Part shown: positions 28,399 through 37,940 of the stretch, piece by piece
How positions within the stretch are numbered: the first letter of the stretch is position 1
Layout: each line of letters begins with the position of its first letter
Assembly: GCA_030833725.1 (NCBI GenBank)
Contig: JAURGP010000005.1
Coordinates: 298 to 64,297, forward strand
Length of the DNA: 64,000 nucleotides
Direction of reading: 5' to 3'
DNA from: Candidatus Kapaibacterium sp.
GTDB lineage: Bacteria; Bacteroidota; Ignavibacteria; Kapaibacteriales; Kapaibacteriaceae
Position numbers and translations under genes: made by a program
Notes under the pieces: generated by a model
What the model was told of the DNA's origin: nothing
The model's input: the letters and a program-made list of their open reading frames with translations, nothing else
Databases searched by the model: none

Positions 28399-29061
28399 TT
28401 GACGCAGCAAATTAGCTATCACAGCGAGCTTGGCAGAAAGACGATTCATCTGTCGTCGTTAGGCATCCCAGCAATCTACCTCCACATTGAGCACGCCACC
28501 GGCATTGCTATTCTGGTTGCCATGACGCTTGTCTCGCTGGCGATCGATGTTGGCCGTCACTACCATGCGCCTACGCGCCAGCTCCTGACACGCATGGTGG
28601 GGCCATTGCTACGGGCCCACGAAGTTGATGGCGGTCGATTCACCTTGACGGGGGCAACGTGGGTGCTGATTGCGGCTACGCTCACACTGAGTGCCTTCCC
28701 CACCATTGTTGGCGTTACAGCGTTTACGGTCTTGATCGTATCCGATACATCCGCTGCTCTGATCGGCCGGCGTTTCGGGCGCCGTCCCTTTCTGGACAAA
28801 TCCTTGGTCGGGGCCGTTGCGTTTGCCGTCAGCGGTATGGCCGTGGTGGTCTTTTACGCTATCGTGTACCAGCTGCCAGCGGCCTACGTGCTCTGGGGGG
28901 CTGTAGCAGCAGTGGTGAGCAGTATTGTAGAAGCCGCTAGTGTGCGCCTCCACATGGACGACAACATCACCATCCCGTTTAGTTTTGCTGTCACGCTCAT
29001 GATGGGAGAGTGGACAACCCACCTTCTGCAGAGTGCGTCGTTTGTTCACCTGCTTCCATAA
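28399..29061 (+). CDS. Membrane protein of the CTP-dependent polyprenol/phytol kinase (dolichol-kinase, VTE5/SEC59-like) family.
   Basis: ELGRKTIH (RKxxH) start motif and SDTSAALIGRRFGRRPF nucleotide-binding motif within a six-TM protein. Assignment from motif memory only. Confidence 0.45.
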   Translation: MTQQISYHSELGRKTIHLSSLGIPAIYLHIEHATGIAILVAMTLVSLAIDVGRHYHAPTRQLLTRMVGPLLRAHEVDGGRFTLTGATWVLIAATLTLSAFPTIVGVTAFTVLIVSDTSAALIGRRFGRRPFLDKSLVGAVAFAVSGMAVVVFYAIVYQLPAAYVLWGAVAAVVSSIVEAASVRLHMDDNITIPFSFAVTLMMGEWTTHLLQSASFVHLLP

Positions 29062-29073
29062 CCGATAACGAAC

Positions 29074-29589
29074 ATGCAGTCACGCAGTACCGCGATCATC
29101 CTGGCGATCCTCGTTGGCCTTGGGCTGACGCTGATGGCTGTCTATATCTGGTGGTATGGGGCTAGCCGAGATGTCCGTGGAACGTATCAGGTTGCCGATG
29201 TGGTGGTGGACACCCTGGGTGTGGAGCACACGTCCATTCTGTTTGTAGAAGTGGCGGAGTATGACTCCCTCCACCTGCTCAAGGTAGCTGAAGCGCTTAC
29301 GCGTCGACAGGTCGAACAACGGTCGCTCGACCAGAGGCGACGGCGGACCTATCTCTACCACTTCTTCGTTCCGGGTGATACGGCTGTACTCTCCCAGGAG
29401 ATGATCGATGAAGTGCAGTACCGACATCCTGCCCTCACCGATCCTACCGAACAGCTCTTGCAGGTGCCCCATGGTTGGATTGTTCGGGCTGTCCTACCGG
29501 CCGATCACATCCATCCAGAGCTTGTTGAGGCACATCAGGTGGCATTTGCCATCCCTCGGCCAGGTCTACGTGCGCGAGACGTACAGTAG
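29074..29589 (+). CDS. Hypothetical membrane-anchored protein.
   Basis: Single N-terminal TM helix (AIILAILVGLGLTLMAVYIWWY). No recognisable domain. Coding status supported only by ORF length and codon bias. Confidence 0.35.
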   Translation: MQSRSTAIILAILVGLGLTLMAVYIWWYGASRDVRGTYQVADVVVDTLGVEHTSILFVEVAEYDSLHLLKVAEALTRRQVEQRSLDQRRRRTYLYHFFVPGDTAVLSQEMIDEVQYRHPALTDPTEQLLQVPHGWIVRAVLPADHIHPELVEAHQVAFAIPRPGLRARDVQ

Positions 29590-29625
29590 TCCTCGGTAGC
29601 CCTCGGTAGCCCTGGGCAGCCCTCG
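29586..29625. repeat. 10-bp tandem repeat (GTAGCCCTCG-like x4) between convergent genes.
   Basis: gtagtcctcg gtagccctcg gtagccctgg gcagccctcg. The first unit contains the TAG stop of the upstream ORF. Confidence 0.7.
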
Positions 29626-29636
29626 ACGAACGATGG

Positions 29637-31220
29637 CTACGGATGGAAACGGGCATCCTTCCACTCAGCAAAGAGGTGCTTGACGCGGTTGCGTTGATAC
29701 TTGCCCGTACTGGTCACAGGAAGGGCGTCGGTAAACACCACAACCTTGGGGGACTTACTGAAGGGAAGATGGGCCCTGCAGTACGACAGGACATCCTCCT
29801 CGGTGACCTGCGATGAGGATCGCACCACCAGAGCACCCACTTCTTCACCGTACAGCGTATGTTCAAAACCCACGCAGATGCCGGCACCAACGCCGGGCGC
29901 GCGGTTGATGACCTCATCGATCTCCAACGGCGCAAGGTTCACGCCACCACGGATAATCAATTCTTTGAGTCGACCGGTAATGAAGTAGAATGCCCGTCCG
30001 ACATTGTCCAGAACGTAGAACCCTTCATCACCCGAGTGAAACCAATCACCGGCAAAGGCCGTCGCATTCGCTTCAGGATTACGATCGTAGCCCGTCATGA
30101 CGGTGGCACCGCGAATGACGATCTCTCCGCGCTCACCTACTTCTGCCGGTGACCCATCCGATCGTAGGATGGCCATCTCGTTGGCTGGAATCGAGACTCC
30201 GATCGACGGGAAACCGTAGTCCTGCATCCAGTGACGATGCTCCTCGTGAGCGAGATCTACGGGCACAAAACACGAGTAGCACGTGGTTTCGCTCAGGCCG
30301 TAGCCGTGGATGATCGGAATGTGATAGCGGTGCTCGAATCGTTCGGCGAGCTCGCAGGTGAGAGGTCCAGCTCCACAGATGATGTGCCGCAAGCCCCCTG
30401 CTTGAACTGCGTCAATTCCGTCGGCGGAAGCATCTGTCTCGAGCAACATTGCAAGCAACGTCGGGACCACACTTACAACGTTGACGTCCTCGGCTACAAT
30501 CGACGGGAAAAATCGACGCGCCGAGAACTTCCGATGCAGCACCACCGAGCCACCAACAAGGAACGGCGTCACGTGTGTGACAATGGTGCCGTTTACATGG
30601 TGCACTGGTAGGACGCACATCATGCGCTGATCGGCCGTGATGCCATGCCAGGCAGCGATCGCTTCGCCGTCGGCGAAGAGATTCTGCTGGATGAGCACGA
30701 CGGCCTTTGGATGCCCCGTCGTTCCGCTGGTGTAGACCATCAAACACTCATCCCACCGCTGATCAAACTCTGGAGTGGGGAAGGGGTAGGGTGCTTGATG
30801 GCGGAGGGCATCGTAGAACGTAGAGCGAGCTGCATCATCGGTATCCATTACAATCGTCTGGTAGCCCGAGAGCTGCAGATCGTCGGCCAGGTGTGCGGCA
30901 TACTCCGGCCTACATAGCGCCGTGGTGGCTCCACAGGCTCCTAGGATGTAGCGCAGTCGCTGGTGGTCCTCGGTCATGTTCAGCGGAACAGCACAGGCAC
31001 CGAGCAGCCAGCAGGCCATGTAGGCCAGAATGGTGTCGGGATGGTTGTGGCTGGCAATCACCACCCGATGTCCTCGCTGTACGCCATGCGTGGTGAGAAG
31101 CTGGGCCAGGCGCTGTGTCGTGTCGATAAACACGGCATACGACCACACCGACCGTTGGCCGTGTTCATCGTGGTAGATCAGCCACGGCTTTTCCAAATTG
31201 GCGGCATACTGCGATGCCAT
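29637..31220 (-). CDS. Acyl-CoA synthetase (AMP-forming fatty-acid--CoA ligase family).
   Basis: AMP-binding signature MVYTSGTTGHPKAV, YGLSET and the C-terminal lid domain. Start at MASQYAANLEKPWLIY (31220). Confidence 0.8.
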   Translation of the reverse strand: MASQYAANLEKPWLIYHDEHGQRSVWSYAVFIDTTQRLAQLLTTHGVQRGHRVVIASHNHPDTILAYMACWLLGACAVPLNMTEDHQRLRYILGACGATTALCRPEYAAHLADDLQLSGYQTIVMDTDDAARSTFYDALRHQAPYPFPTPEFDQRWDECLMVYTSGTTGHPKAVVLIQQNLFADGEAIAAWHGITADQRMMCVLPVHHVNGTIVTHVTPFLVGGSVVLHRKFSARRFFPSIVAEDVNVVSVVPTLLAMLLETDASADGIDAVQAGGLRHIICGAGPLTCELAERFEHRYHIPIIHGYGLSETTCYSCFVPVDLAHEEHRHWMQDYGFPSIGVSIPANEMAILRSDGSPAEVGERGEIVIRGATVMTGYDRNPEANATAFAGDWFHSGDEGFYVLDNVGRAFYFITGRLKELIIRGGVNLAPLEIDEVINRAPGVGAGICVGFEHTLYGEEVGALVVRSSSQVTEEDVLSYCRAHLPFSKSPKVVVFTDALPVTSTGKYQRNRVKHLFAEWKDARFHP

Positions 31221-31353
31221 GACTGCTCCCCACGACCGAAACGATGTGGGAGCGTCTTCAGGCAGAATGCCGTGCACCGTGCGCACGGCTGATGTCCGGG
31301 GATCCAGCATGCGCGAAGTTACGAGCTCTACGAATCGTCGCGTAACTTCGTAC

Positions 31354-32388
31354 ATGATCGATCTGCGCAGTGATACCGTAACTGTCCCCGACGAGGCCAT
31401 GCGAGCGGCGATGGCCGTGGCACCAGTTGGGGACGACGTCTATGCCGAGGACCCAACGGTCAATGCTCTCCAGGAGCGTGTTGCAGCCATGTTCGGTATG
31501 GAGGCTGCCCTGTTTGTACCGAGTGGAACGCAAGGCAATCAGATCTGCTTGGCTCTCCATGCCAAGACTGGCGAAGAAGTGATCGCCGAGGCAGATGCGC
31601 ACATCTTGCACTATGAGAACGCTGCGACAAGCGTCATCGCACGTGCCCAGATCCATGCCGTGCCGTCGTTTACTGGGGCGATGCCGTTGGAAGCTGTCGA
31701 GCAGGCCATCCGCCCCGATGCGTATTACTATCCTCGGACGGCGGTGATTGCTGTGGAAAACAGCCACAACCGTCACGGCGGAACAGTTCTGGATCTGGAG
31801 TACCTGCATGAGCTGCGCGAACTTGCCACGAACCGTGGTCTTGGTCTGCACTGCGACGGAGCACGCATCTGGAATGCCATGGCAGCAACCACCACGCCAC
31901 CGGAGAAGTACGGTGCCATCTTTGATACGATGAGCGTGTGCCTTAGCAAGGGTCTCGGTGCTCCCGTGGGTTCGCTGATGCTGTCTACGAGATCCCGCAT
32001 CGATCAAGCATGGCGCTGGAGGAAGATGCTGGGAGGGGGCATGCGCCAGACTGGCATGTTGGCGGCAGCCGGATTGTATGCACTGGATCACATCCTGCCA
32101 TTGCTTGCTGACGATCATCGGCGTGCTCGGGCGTTTGCAGAGGCCATCGCTGGACATCCGCTCGTACACGTCAACCTTGACCGCGTGCAAACGAACATCG
32201 TGATGTTCCGTGTGAACGCCGATACAGAGGAGTTCGTAACGCTACTCCATCACGAAGGGATACGCATGGCCCAGATCCGGCCCGGAGTGCTGCGTGCCGT
32301 GTTCCATCACCAGATTACCGATCATCACACCACAGCGGCAGCTGAGGCAGTACACCACATCCTATCTTTGCACCATGGCAATAGCTGA
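31354..32388 (+). CDS. ltaE: Low-specificity L-threonine aldolase.
   Basis: MIDLRSDTVTVP start and PSGTQGNQICLALH PLP-fold motifs. Confidence 0.8.
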   Translation: MIDLRSDTVTVPDEAMRAAMAVAPVGDDVYAEDPTVNALQERVAAMFGMEAALFVPSGTQGNQICLALHAKTGEEVIAEADAHILHYENAATSVIARAQIHAVPSFTGAMPLEAVEQAIRPDAYYYPRTAVIAVENSHNRHGGTVLDLEYLHELRELATNRGLGLHCDGARIWNAMAATTTPPEKYGAIFDTMSVCLSKGLGAPVGSLMLSTRSRIDQAWRWRKMLGGGMRQTGMLAAAGLYALDHILPLLADDHRRARAFAEAIAGHPLVHVNLDRVQTNIVMFRVNADTEEFVTLLHHEGIRMAQIRPGVLRAVFHHQITDHHTTAAAEAVHHILSLHHGNS

Positions 32389-32890
32389 CAAGAACGAAGC
32401 AACGATCGACCATCAGTCCACGCATGTTGAGGGGTATGGTCAGTTTCATCACCGGCTTCATAGCCGTGTGCGGTCCTACGACGTTGATCGTCAGAGCATC
32501 GTCCACAACGCCGTGTATCTATACTGGCTCGAAGCTGCGCGGATCGAGTACTTCCGCGACATTGGCGTGCCGATCGACCGTCAAAGTTTTGTTACCAAGC
32601 ACCGTTTCGTCGTGGTGCGCGCCGAAATCGACTACCACACACCGGCCCAGTTCGATGATCCGTACACAGTGTTTACACGTATCCCCTGGGTTCGCAACTC
32701 CTCGTTTGGATTCGAACACGTGATTCGTCACGACAACGGCACCTTGCTGGCCGTAGCGCGGGGTGTTCTGGTGCACCTCAACCCGGCCACACATCGTCCG
32801 GAGCGTATTCCGGATGCCTACCGCGAGCTGGTGCGTGAGTTTGAAGGAGAGAACGTACGCTGGGAAGACGAGACCGAGTCAGCTGGCTAG
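32375..32890 (+). CDS. Acyl-CoA thioesterase, hotdog fold (YbgC/4HBT family).
   Basis: VRSYDVDRQSIVHNAVYLYWLEAARIEYF matches the 4HBT thioesterase core. Overlaps the ltaE stop. Confidence 0.7.
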   Translation: MAIADKNEATIDHQSTHVEGYGQFHHRLHSRVRSYDVDRQSIVHNAVYLYWLEAARIEYFRDIGVPIDRQSFVTKHRFVVVRAEIDYHTPAQFDDPYTVFTRIPWVRNSSFGFEHVIRHDNGTLLAVARGVLVHLNPATHRPERIPDAYRELVREFEGENVRWEDETESAG

Positions 32891-32893
32891 TGC

Positions 32894-32953
32894 GTCGTGG
32901 TTTACTACGTCGTGGTCTACTACGTCGTGGTCTACTACGTCGCGGTCTAGTAC
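32894..32953. repeat. 15-bp tandem repeat x4 (CGTCGTGGTCTACTA) between convergent genes.
   Basis: cgtcgtggtttacta cgtcgtggtctacta cgtcgtggtctacta cgtcgcggtctagta, immediately after the thioesterase stop codon. Confidence 0.75.
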
Positions 32954-33552
32954 TCCATCGTGATCAGCGCCCGGTAGGTGCTGTACCGTTGTCCACGTGG
33001 CTCAACCAGTGCCAGCTGGATCGAACCCTTGATGATCCTCTGCTGAGGGACGGCGAAGAACGCCAGGCGAAGCTGCCGACCTCGCTCGTCGGCAAGCCAC
33101 TGAAACGATTCAGGGTCTCCACCACGCTCGTCAAAGATCAGCCCCTGAATCCAGGAACTGGGATTGATACAGAAGCGAAACTGACCATCTGCTGGTTGCT
33201 GCCGGCACGAGAGGCTGAATCTGTGTACCATCACTGGTCGCTCCTTGGATGGCCGAACAGTCTGAGGAACCTCGAACACCAGCTGCGGTATGGAAATCGC
33301 ATATCGATAGGTGTCAGCGTTGCCTCCTGGAACGGGCGCTCGCTCGATCCAGACGGTTTCCAGCCATGTGGGGTCGATGATGATCGCCTCGTAGGCACTG
33401 TCCGCAAAATGGTAGTACACCGACACGCGCTTGGGATGTGTTGAACCATCAATGAATGTCGCATCTCGATCAACATCGAGTTCGAGAGGAGATGTACACG
33501 ACATGAAGGCAAGTGCCAGAGCTAAGATCATCGACCGGTATAGCACGCTCAT
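32947..33552 (-). CDS. Hypothetical lipoprotein.
   Basis: Signal peptide with lipobox (ALAFMSC). No recognised domain. Last gene of the ECF-sigma operon. Confidence 0.4.
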   Translation of the reverse strand: MSVLYRSMILALALAFMSCTSPLELDVDRDATFIDGSTHPKRVSVYYHFADSAYEAIIIDPTWLETVWIERAPVPGGNADTYRYAISIPQLVFEVPQTVRPSKERPVMVHRFSLSCRQQPADGQFRFCINPSSWIQGLIFDERGGDPESFQWLADERGRQLRLAFFAVPQQRIIKGSIQLALVEPRGQRYSTYRALITMEY

Positions 33553-34724
33553 CGTAGTGCTCCCAGATTGAAGCCGAGGCCGATGGTGGGTCCCCATTTG
33601 GTGGATGAAAACCACGTGCCATCATGACGGTACATCAGCGCAGCAGCATCGATACCCACGGAGATCTGCAGGGGGCCAACGGGCTGGTATTGCAGGCCCA
33701 CGCTGGCTCGAGCTAAGGGGCCCTGCTGAACGGCAACGCCAAGGGTAGCATCAAGAACCGGTGCTAAGCCCGGCAGGAAGGAGAACTCCAGTGGCGTCCA
33801 CCGGTAGGTGGCTCCCATCCAGAACAGCACGGGTGTCTGCGTGTACTGCACCAGACGGTCCTCTGCCGCTCCGGTGAACTGTTGACGGAACGACTCTGTC
33901 CCCATCTCCACGCCAAGAGCGTGTTGTTGGCTGATGGGGAAGAGTAGGCCAAATGACGTATTGGGGAGAACCGCATCGCGCACGGAGGCCGGCGTTGGCT
34001 CTGTTGAGGAGAGACCACTGGCCAGTGCTCTGGCGCGGAACGTGACGGGAATGGCCGAGGGCGCAGACCACAATGCGGACGTGGTGCCCAGTGGCGTCGA
34101 TGGTGCCAGGTCGGATGCAGAGAATGTTGTCGATGGGGGAACGCTCAACGAGGGTGTCTGCTGCAAGTGCAGAGCCGAGATCGCGACTGGCGCCTCCGAT
34201 TCCGTTGCTGGAGCTTCCACCGGCTGCGGTACCTGCACGGCAACATATCGTACGGCGTAGACCGTATCCGGTACTGGAGGACCCACCGGAAGAGCTGGAG
34301 CCGGTCCTGGTGCTACCACACTGGCAGACGACGTTGTTGCTGTGGGAGGTTCACCACTTGAACCACTCTTGAGGGACAATGCCAGAAAGAATCCAGCCAC
34401 CAAGCCCCCTGCAGCCGTCAGTAGTGGCGTAAGATTGGAGCCGAACCATGAGCTGGCTGCACCGGTGCCGTGGACCACTGCAGCGGCTGCTGGAGCGGTG
34501 ACGAGTCCAATTGCCGAGAGGAGTGCGGCCTCGCCTCCGGTGGGAGGAATCATGGAGTCGCTCTGCACAGCCCTGCGAATCGAGAGTGTATCTCGTAGCA
34601 CTGTACGGAGCTCAGTAGACGATTGCAGTTCATCGAATAAATCTTGCTCGCTCGTGACCGGTAACTCGCCATCGAGGTAGGCATCAAGAGCTTCTTCTGG
34701 GGAAAATTGATGGGGTGTGTTCAT
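33549..34724 (-). CDS. Anti-sigma factor with proline-rich linker and C-terminal beta-rich domain.
   Basis: N-terminus EEALDAYLDGELP...DLFDEL is typical of ECF anti-sigma factors. Single TM segment, long Pro/Ala-rich spacer. Position immediately downstream of the ECF sigma. Confidence 0.5.
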   Translation of the reverse strand: MNTPHQFSPEEALDAYLDGELPVTSEQDLFDELQSSTELRTVLRDTLSIRRAVQSDSMIPPTGGEAALLSAIGLVTAPAAAAVVHGTGAASSWFGSNLTPLLTAAGGLVAGFFLALSLKSGSSGEPPTATTSSASVVAPGPAPALPVGPPVPDTVYAVRYVAVQVPQPVEAPATESEAPVAISALHLQQTPSLSVPPSTTFSASDLAPSTPLGTTSALWSAPSAIPVTFRARALASGLSSTEPTPASVRDAVLPNTSFGLLFPISQQHALGVEMGTESFRQQFTGAAEDRLVQYTQTPVLFWMGATYRWTPLEFSFLPGLAPVLDATLGVAVQQGPLARASVGLQYQPVGPLQISVGIDAAALMYRHDGTWFSSTKWGPTIGLGFNLGALR

Positions 34725-34737
34725 GCTCGTACGACAA

Positions 34738-35310
34738 CTACGGTTGATTCAAATCGTGGAGGTAGGGGGCGAGGATTTCTCGCAGTTTCTTCTTGGCTCG
34801 AAAGATTCTCACCTTAACAAGGTCAACAGACTGTCCGATCACGTCGGCGATCTCGGCATAGCTCAAGCCATTGTATTCACGCAGGACAAACGCTTCGCGA
34901 TACTCGTCCGGCAGGAGCTCGAGGGACGCCTGGATGAGTTGCAGGAGCTCTCGTTGTTCATACGGAGCATCAGTATCAACCCAGTGAACGTCTTCAAAGG
35001 GCACAAACTGGCGCTTGGCCCGTACCTGATGCGTAAAGCACAGGTTGCGTGCGATCGTCAACAGGTAGCCGGGAACGTTCTCTACGGAGCGTCCTTGACG
35101 GCCGGCCTCGAAAAACTTCACGAACGTATCCTGCAGGAGGTCTTCCGCAACCTGGCCATCTCCGATGATCTTGCGGCAGTACGTATAGATACGCTGGGCG
35201 TATCGTCGATACAGCACCGATAATGCCCGTTGGGCCTGGATATCACCGGCCGATAACTGGCAGAAGAGGTCCTGATCCGCAGGATCGAGCATGGTGAGTG
35301 TGGGATCCAT
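34738..35310 (-). CDS. RNA polymerase sigma-70 factor, ECF subfamily.
   Basis: Region 2 (AEDLLQDTFVKFF) and region 4 HTH (GLSYAEIADVIGQSVDLVKVRIFRAKKKLR). Confidence 0.8.
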   Translation of the reverse strand: MDPTLTMLDPADQDLFCQLSAGDIQAQRALSVLYRRYAQRIYTYCRKIIGDGQVAEDLLQDTFVKFFEAGRQGRSVENVPGYLLTIARNLCFTHQVRAKRQFVPFEDVHWVDTDAPYEQRELLQLIQASLELLPDEYREAFVLREYNGLSYAEIADVIGQSVDLVKVRIFRAKKKLREILAPYLHDLNQP

Positions 35311-35380
35311 CCGTGTGCAGTGACGAGGTCTTCGGGAGGATGTTACACACCAGCCGAGGAACGAGTGTAATTTAGGTGTC

Positions 35381-36892
35381 ATGACCCTAGAATCCCGACT
35401 CGCCAGCCTCGTGATGCCACGCCTTGACGCTGATCACTGGCACGACGCCTCCTACCGCCAAGCGGCGAATGCCCTGATCGACCGTGGCGTTAGCTCCTTT
35501 GGACTGTTTTCCGGCACCCTTGCCGAGACTGCCACGATGATTGCCGACCTCCAACGGTACAGTCCACAGCGCCTGTTCTTCGGTGCAGACTATGAGTATG
35601 GGTTGCCAATGCGATTACGGGAGGGAGGAATTGCCTTTCCCAGAGCCATGGCGCTGGGGGCAACATCGCCGGGAATCACTGAGCATATCGCCGCGGCGAT
35701 TGCCCGAGAGATGCGAGCACTGGGTGTGCATTGGAACTGGGCACCCGTGGCTGATATGAACTCCAATCCACACAATCCGATTGTCAATACGCGCGCCTTT
35801 GGCGAGGATTCCAAAGCGGTGAGCCCGCACGTACTGGCCTTCGTGCGTGGCTTACAAGGTGGGGGAGTCTTGGCCTGTGTCAAGCATGTTCCTGGTCATG
35901 GAGCCACAACGGTGGATAGCCATCTGGCACTACCGGAGCTTGACCTTGACCTTCCGCTCTTGGAGTCGCGAGAGTTTCAGCCGTTTCGTGCCGCTATCGC
36001 TGAGAACGTTGGCTCGCTGATGATGGGACATCTGATGATCCCTGCACTCGACGCGAATCTGCCAGCCTCGCTCTCGGAGCACATCGTCACGGGATTGATT
36101 CGCACGCAGTGGGGATTCGATGGCTTGATCACGACCGATGCGCTGGACATGGGAGCCATTACCTCAATGTGGTCGTCCGGAGATGCTGCCGTACGTGCTG
36201 TGCAGGCCGGCTGCGACGTTGTCCTCCTTCCCGAAGATGCTCACGTCGCCATCGATGCTCTTGTGGAAGCTGCGCTGGACGGACGGATCACCGAGGAACG
36301 CCTGCAGCATAGCGAACGTCGGTGGCAGCACGCACGACGTACATTCGGTCGACCGGAACCGGCCGCGCCGGTAGATCAGCAGGCGCATGCAATGATGGCC
36401 CTGCAGGCAGCATCTTTGGCGACGCGCGTTACGGGCCGGGACGCGTTGCTTCCACTGCTGCAATACGACCGTGTGGCCGTGTTTGCCGTGATCGATGAAC
36501 GCGATGCAGACACGGCCACCACGTGGTTTCATTACCTGGCGCAGGCTACAGAGTTGGACATCGACATGGGATACATCGATGGCACGATCAGCGATCACGA
36601 CCTGGCCGGTCTGATCGAAGGAACGCAGGAGGCCGATGTTGTGGTGTTTGCCTTCTTCGGTCGCGCCGTAGCCCATCGTGGTGGTGTCGCCGGCGGGTTG
36701 CCAGGTCTAGAACGCCTGCCAGAGGTCCTTGACGCGTTGTCTGCGGGCCGGCCACGCATTGTGGTGGCAGCCGGAAGCCCATATGGCGTAGAGGATCTTG
36801 CTGCAGACTGCACCCTGCTGACCTACTCCGATACCGTACCATCCCTAGCGGCAAGTGTCCTGCGCCTGATTGGTCGCGAGCCGCAGTCCTGA
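35381..36892 (+). CDS. Glycoside hydrolase family 3 beta-N-acetylhexosaminidase (NagZ-like).
   Basis: GH3 motif KHVPGHGATTVDSHLALPEL and catalytic region LITTDALDMGAI. Confidence 0.75.
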   Translation: MTLESRLASLVMPRLDADHWHDASYRQAANALIDRGVSSFGLFSGTLAETATMIADLQRYSPQRLFFGADYEYGLPMRLREGGIAFPRAMALGATSPGITEHIAAAIAREMRALGVHWNWAPVADMNSNPHNPIVNTRAFGEDSKAVSPHVLAFVRGLQGGGVLACVKHVPGHGATTVDSHLALPELDLDLPLLESREFQPFRAAIAENVGSLMMGHLMIPALDANLPASLSEHIVTGLIRTQWGFDGLITTDALDMGAITSMWSSGDAAVRAVQAGCDVVLLPEDAHVAIDALVEAALDGRITEERLQHSERRWQHARRTFGRPEPAAPVDQQAHAMMALQAASLATRVTGRDALLPLLQYDRVAVFAVIDERDADTATTWFHYLAQATELDIDMGYIDGTISDHDLAGLIEGTQEADVVVFAFFGRAVAHRGGVAGGLPGLERLPEVLDALSAGRPRIVVAAGSPYGVEDLAADCTLLTYSDTVPSLAASVLRLIGREPQS

Positions 36893-36917
36893 GGCAGAAA
36901 GTCGTAATTTCGGCGCA

Positions 36918-37931
36918 ATGTCGATCCTTATCACCGGCGGGGCAGGCTTTATCGGGAGTAACCTAGTTCGCATGATGCGGGCGCAGGGGTACGGCCCATT
37001 GGTTGTGCTTGATGCGCTGACCTATGCCGGCAATCTTCGCAATCTAGAGGGGATGATAGATCAGAATCAGTGCGTCTTCGTGCGTGGCTCGATTACCGAT
37101 CGCGATCTCGTGCGTAAGGTGATCGCAGAACACAAGGTCGACATCATCCTGCACCTTGCCGCAGAATCGCATGTTGACCGATCCATTGCCTCGGCCACGC
37201 CCTTCATCGATACCAACGTTGGCGGTACGACCGTCCTGTTGGAGGCTGCCCGCGACCTCTCTGTGCGCCGGTTCGTTCACGTCTCCACCGATGAAGTCTA
37301 CGGCGACGTCCCACTGGATGCCGAACCCTATGCCGAGGACCAGCCACTACGACCATCATCACCGTATGCCGCTTCCAAAGCTGCGTCAGATCTTGTCGTA
37401 CAGGCCTTCGTACGTACGTACGGTCTTGATGCCATCATCACCCGCTGCACGAACAACTACGGCCCCTACCAGTTCCCGGAGAAGTTCATTCCTCTCATGA
37501 TCGTCAACGCCATGGAAGCCAGATCGCTGCCGATCTACGGCGATGGCAAGCAACGTCGGGACTGGATCCACGTGGACGACCACTGTGCAGGAATTCTCGC
37601 CGCGATGAACCGTGGTCGATCCGCAGAGGTGTACCATTTTGGTGGTGCAAGCGAGCTTGAAAACGTGGAGCTGGCTACCGAGATCATCCGGCAGGTAGGG
37701 GGCTCGCCTTCACTCCTGCAGTACGTTGCCGATCGGCCCGGTCACGATCGTCGGTATGCACTGGCCATCACCAAGGCACGTCAGGAACTGGGCTGGACGC
37801 CGCAGGTGGCCTTCTCTACCGGACTTACCGCCACCATTGCATGGTATCGGGAGCACTCCGAATGGAGTGCTGCCGTGCGAGATGGCAGTTACCGATCGTA
37901 CTACGAACATCATTATCAGTCGACGTTTTAG
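36918..37931 (+). CDS. rfbB: dTDP-glucose 4,6-dehydratase.
   Basis: ILITGGAGFIGSN Rossmann motif, catalytic YAASKAASD, extended SDR architecture. Start at MSILITGG (36918). Confidence 0.85.
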   Translation: MSILITGGAGFIGSNLVRMMRAQGYGPLVVLDALTYAGNLRNLEGMIDQNQCVFVRGSITDRDLVRKVIAEHKVDIILHLAAESHVDRSIASATPFIDTNVGGTTVLLEAARDLSVRRFVHVSTDEVYGDVPLDAEPYAEDQPLRPSSPYAASKAASDLVVQAFVRTYGLDAIITRCTNNYGPYQFPEKFIPLMIVNAMEARSLPIYGDGKQRRDWIHVDDHCAGILAAMNRGRSAEVYHFGGASELENVELATEIIRQVGGSPSLLQYVADRPGHDRRYALAITKARQELGWTPQVAFSTGLTATIAWYREHSEWSAAVRDGSYRSYYEHHYQSTF

Positions 37932-37940
37932 GAAGACGAC

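Noticed and set aside
29586-29625. Possible CRISPR array: short direct repeats here and at 32894-32953 and 62265-62318.
   Set aside because: Units are only 10-15 bp, strictly tandem with no spacers, and there are no cas genes anywhere in the window. They are simple VNTR-type repeats.
32890-33444. ORF starting MRRGLLRRGLLRRGLLRRGL (184 aa, plus strand).
   Set aside because: The repeated peptide is just the translation of the 15-bp intergenic tandem repeat. The rest overlaps the minus-strand lipoprotein gene, which has a proper signal peptide.
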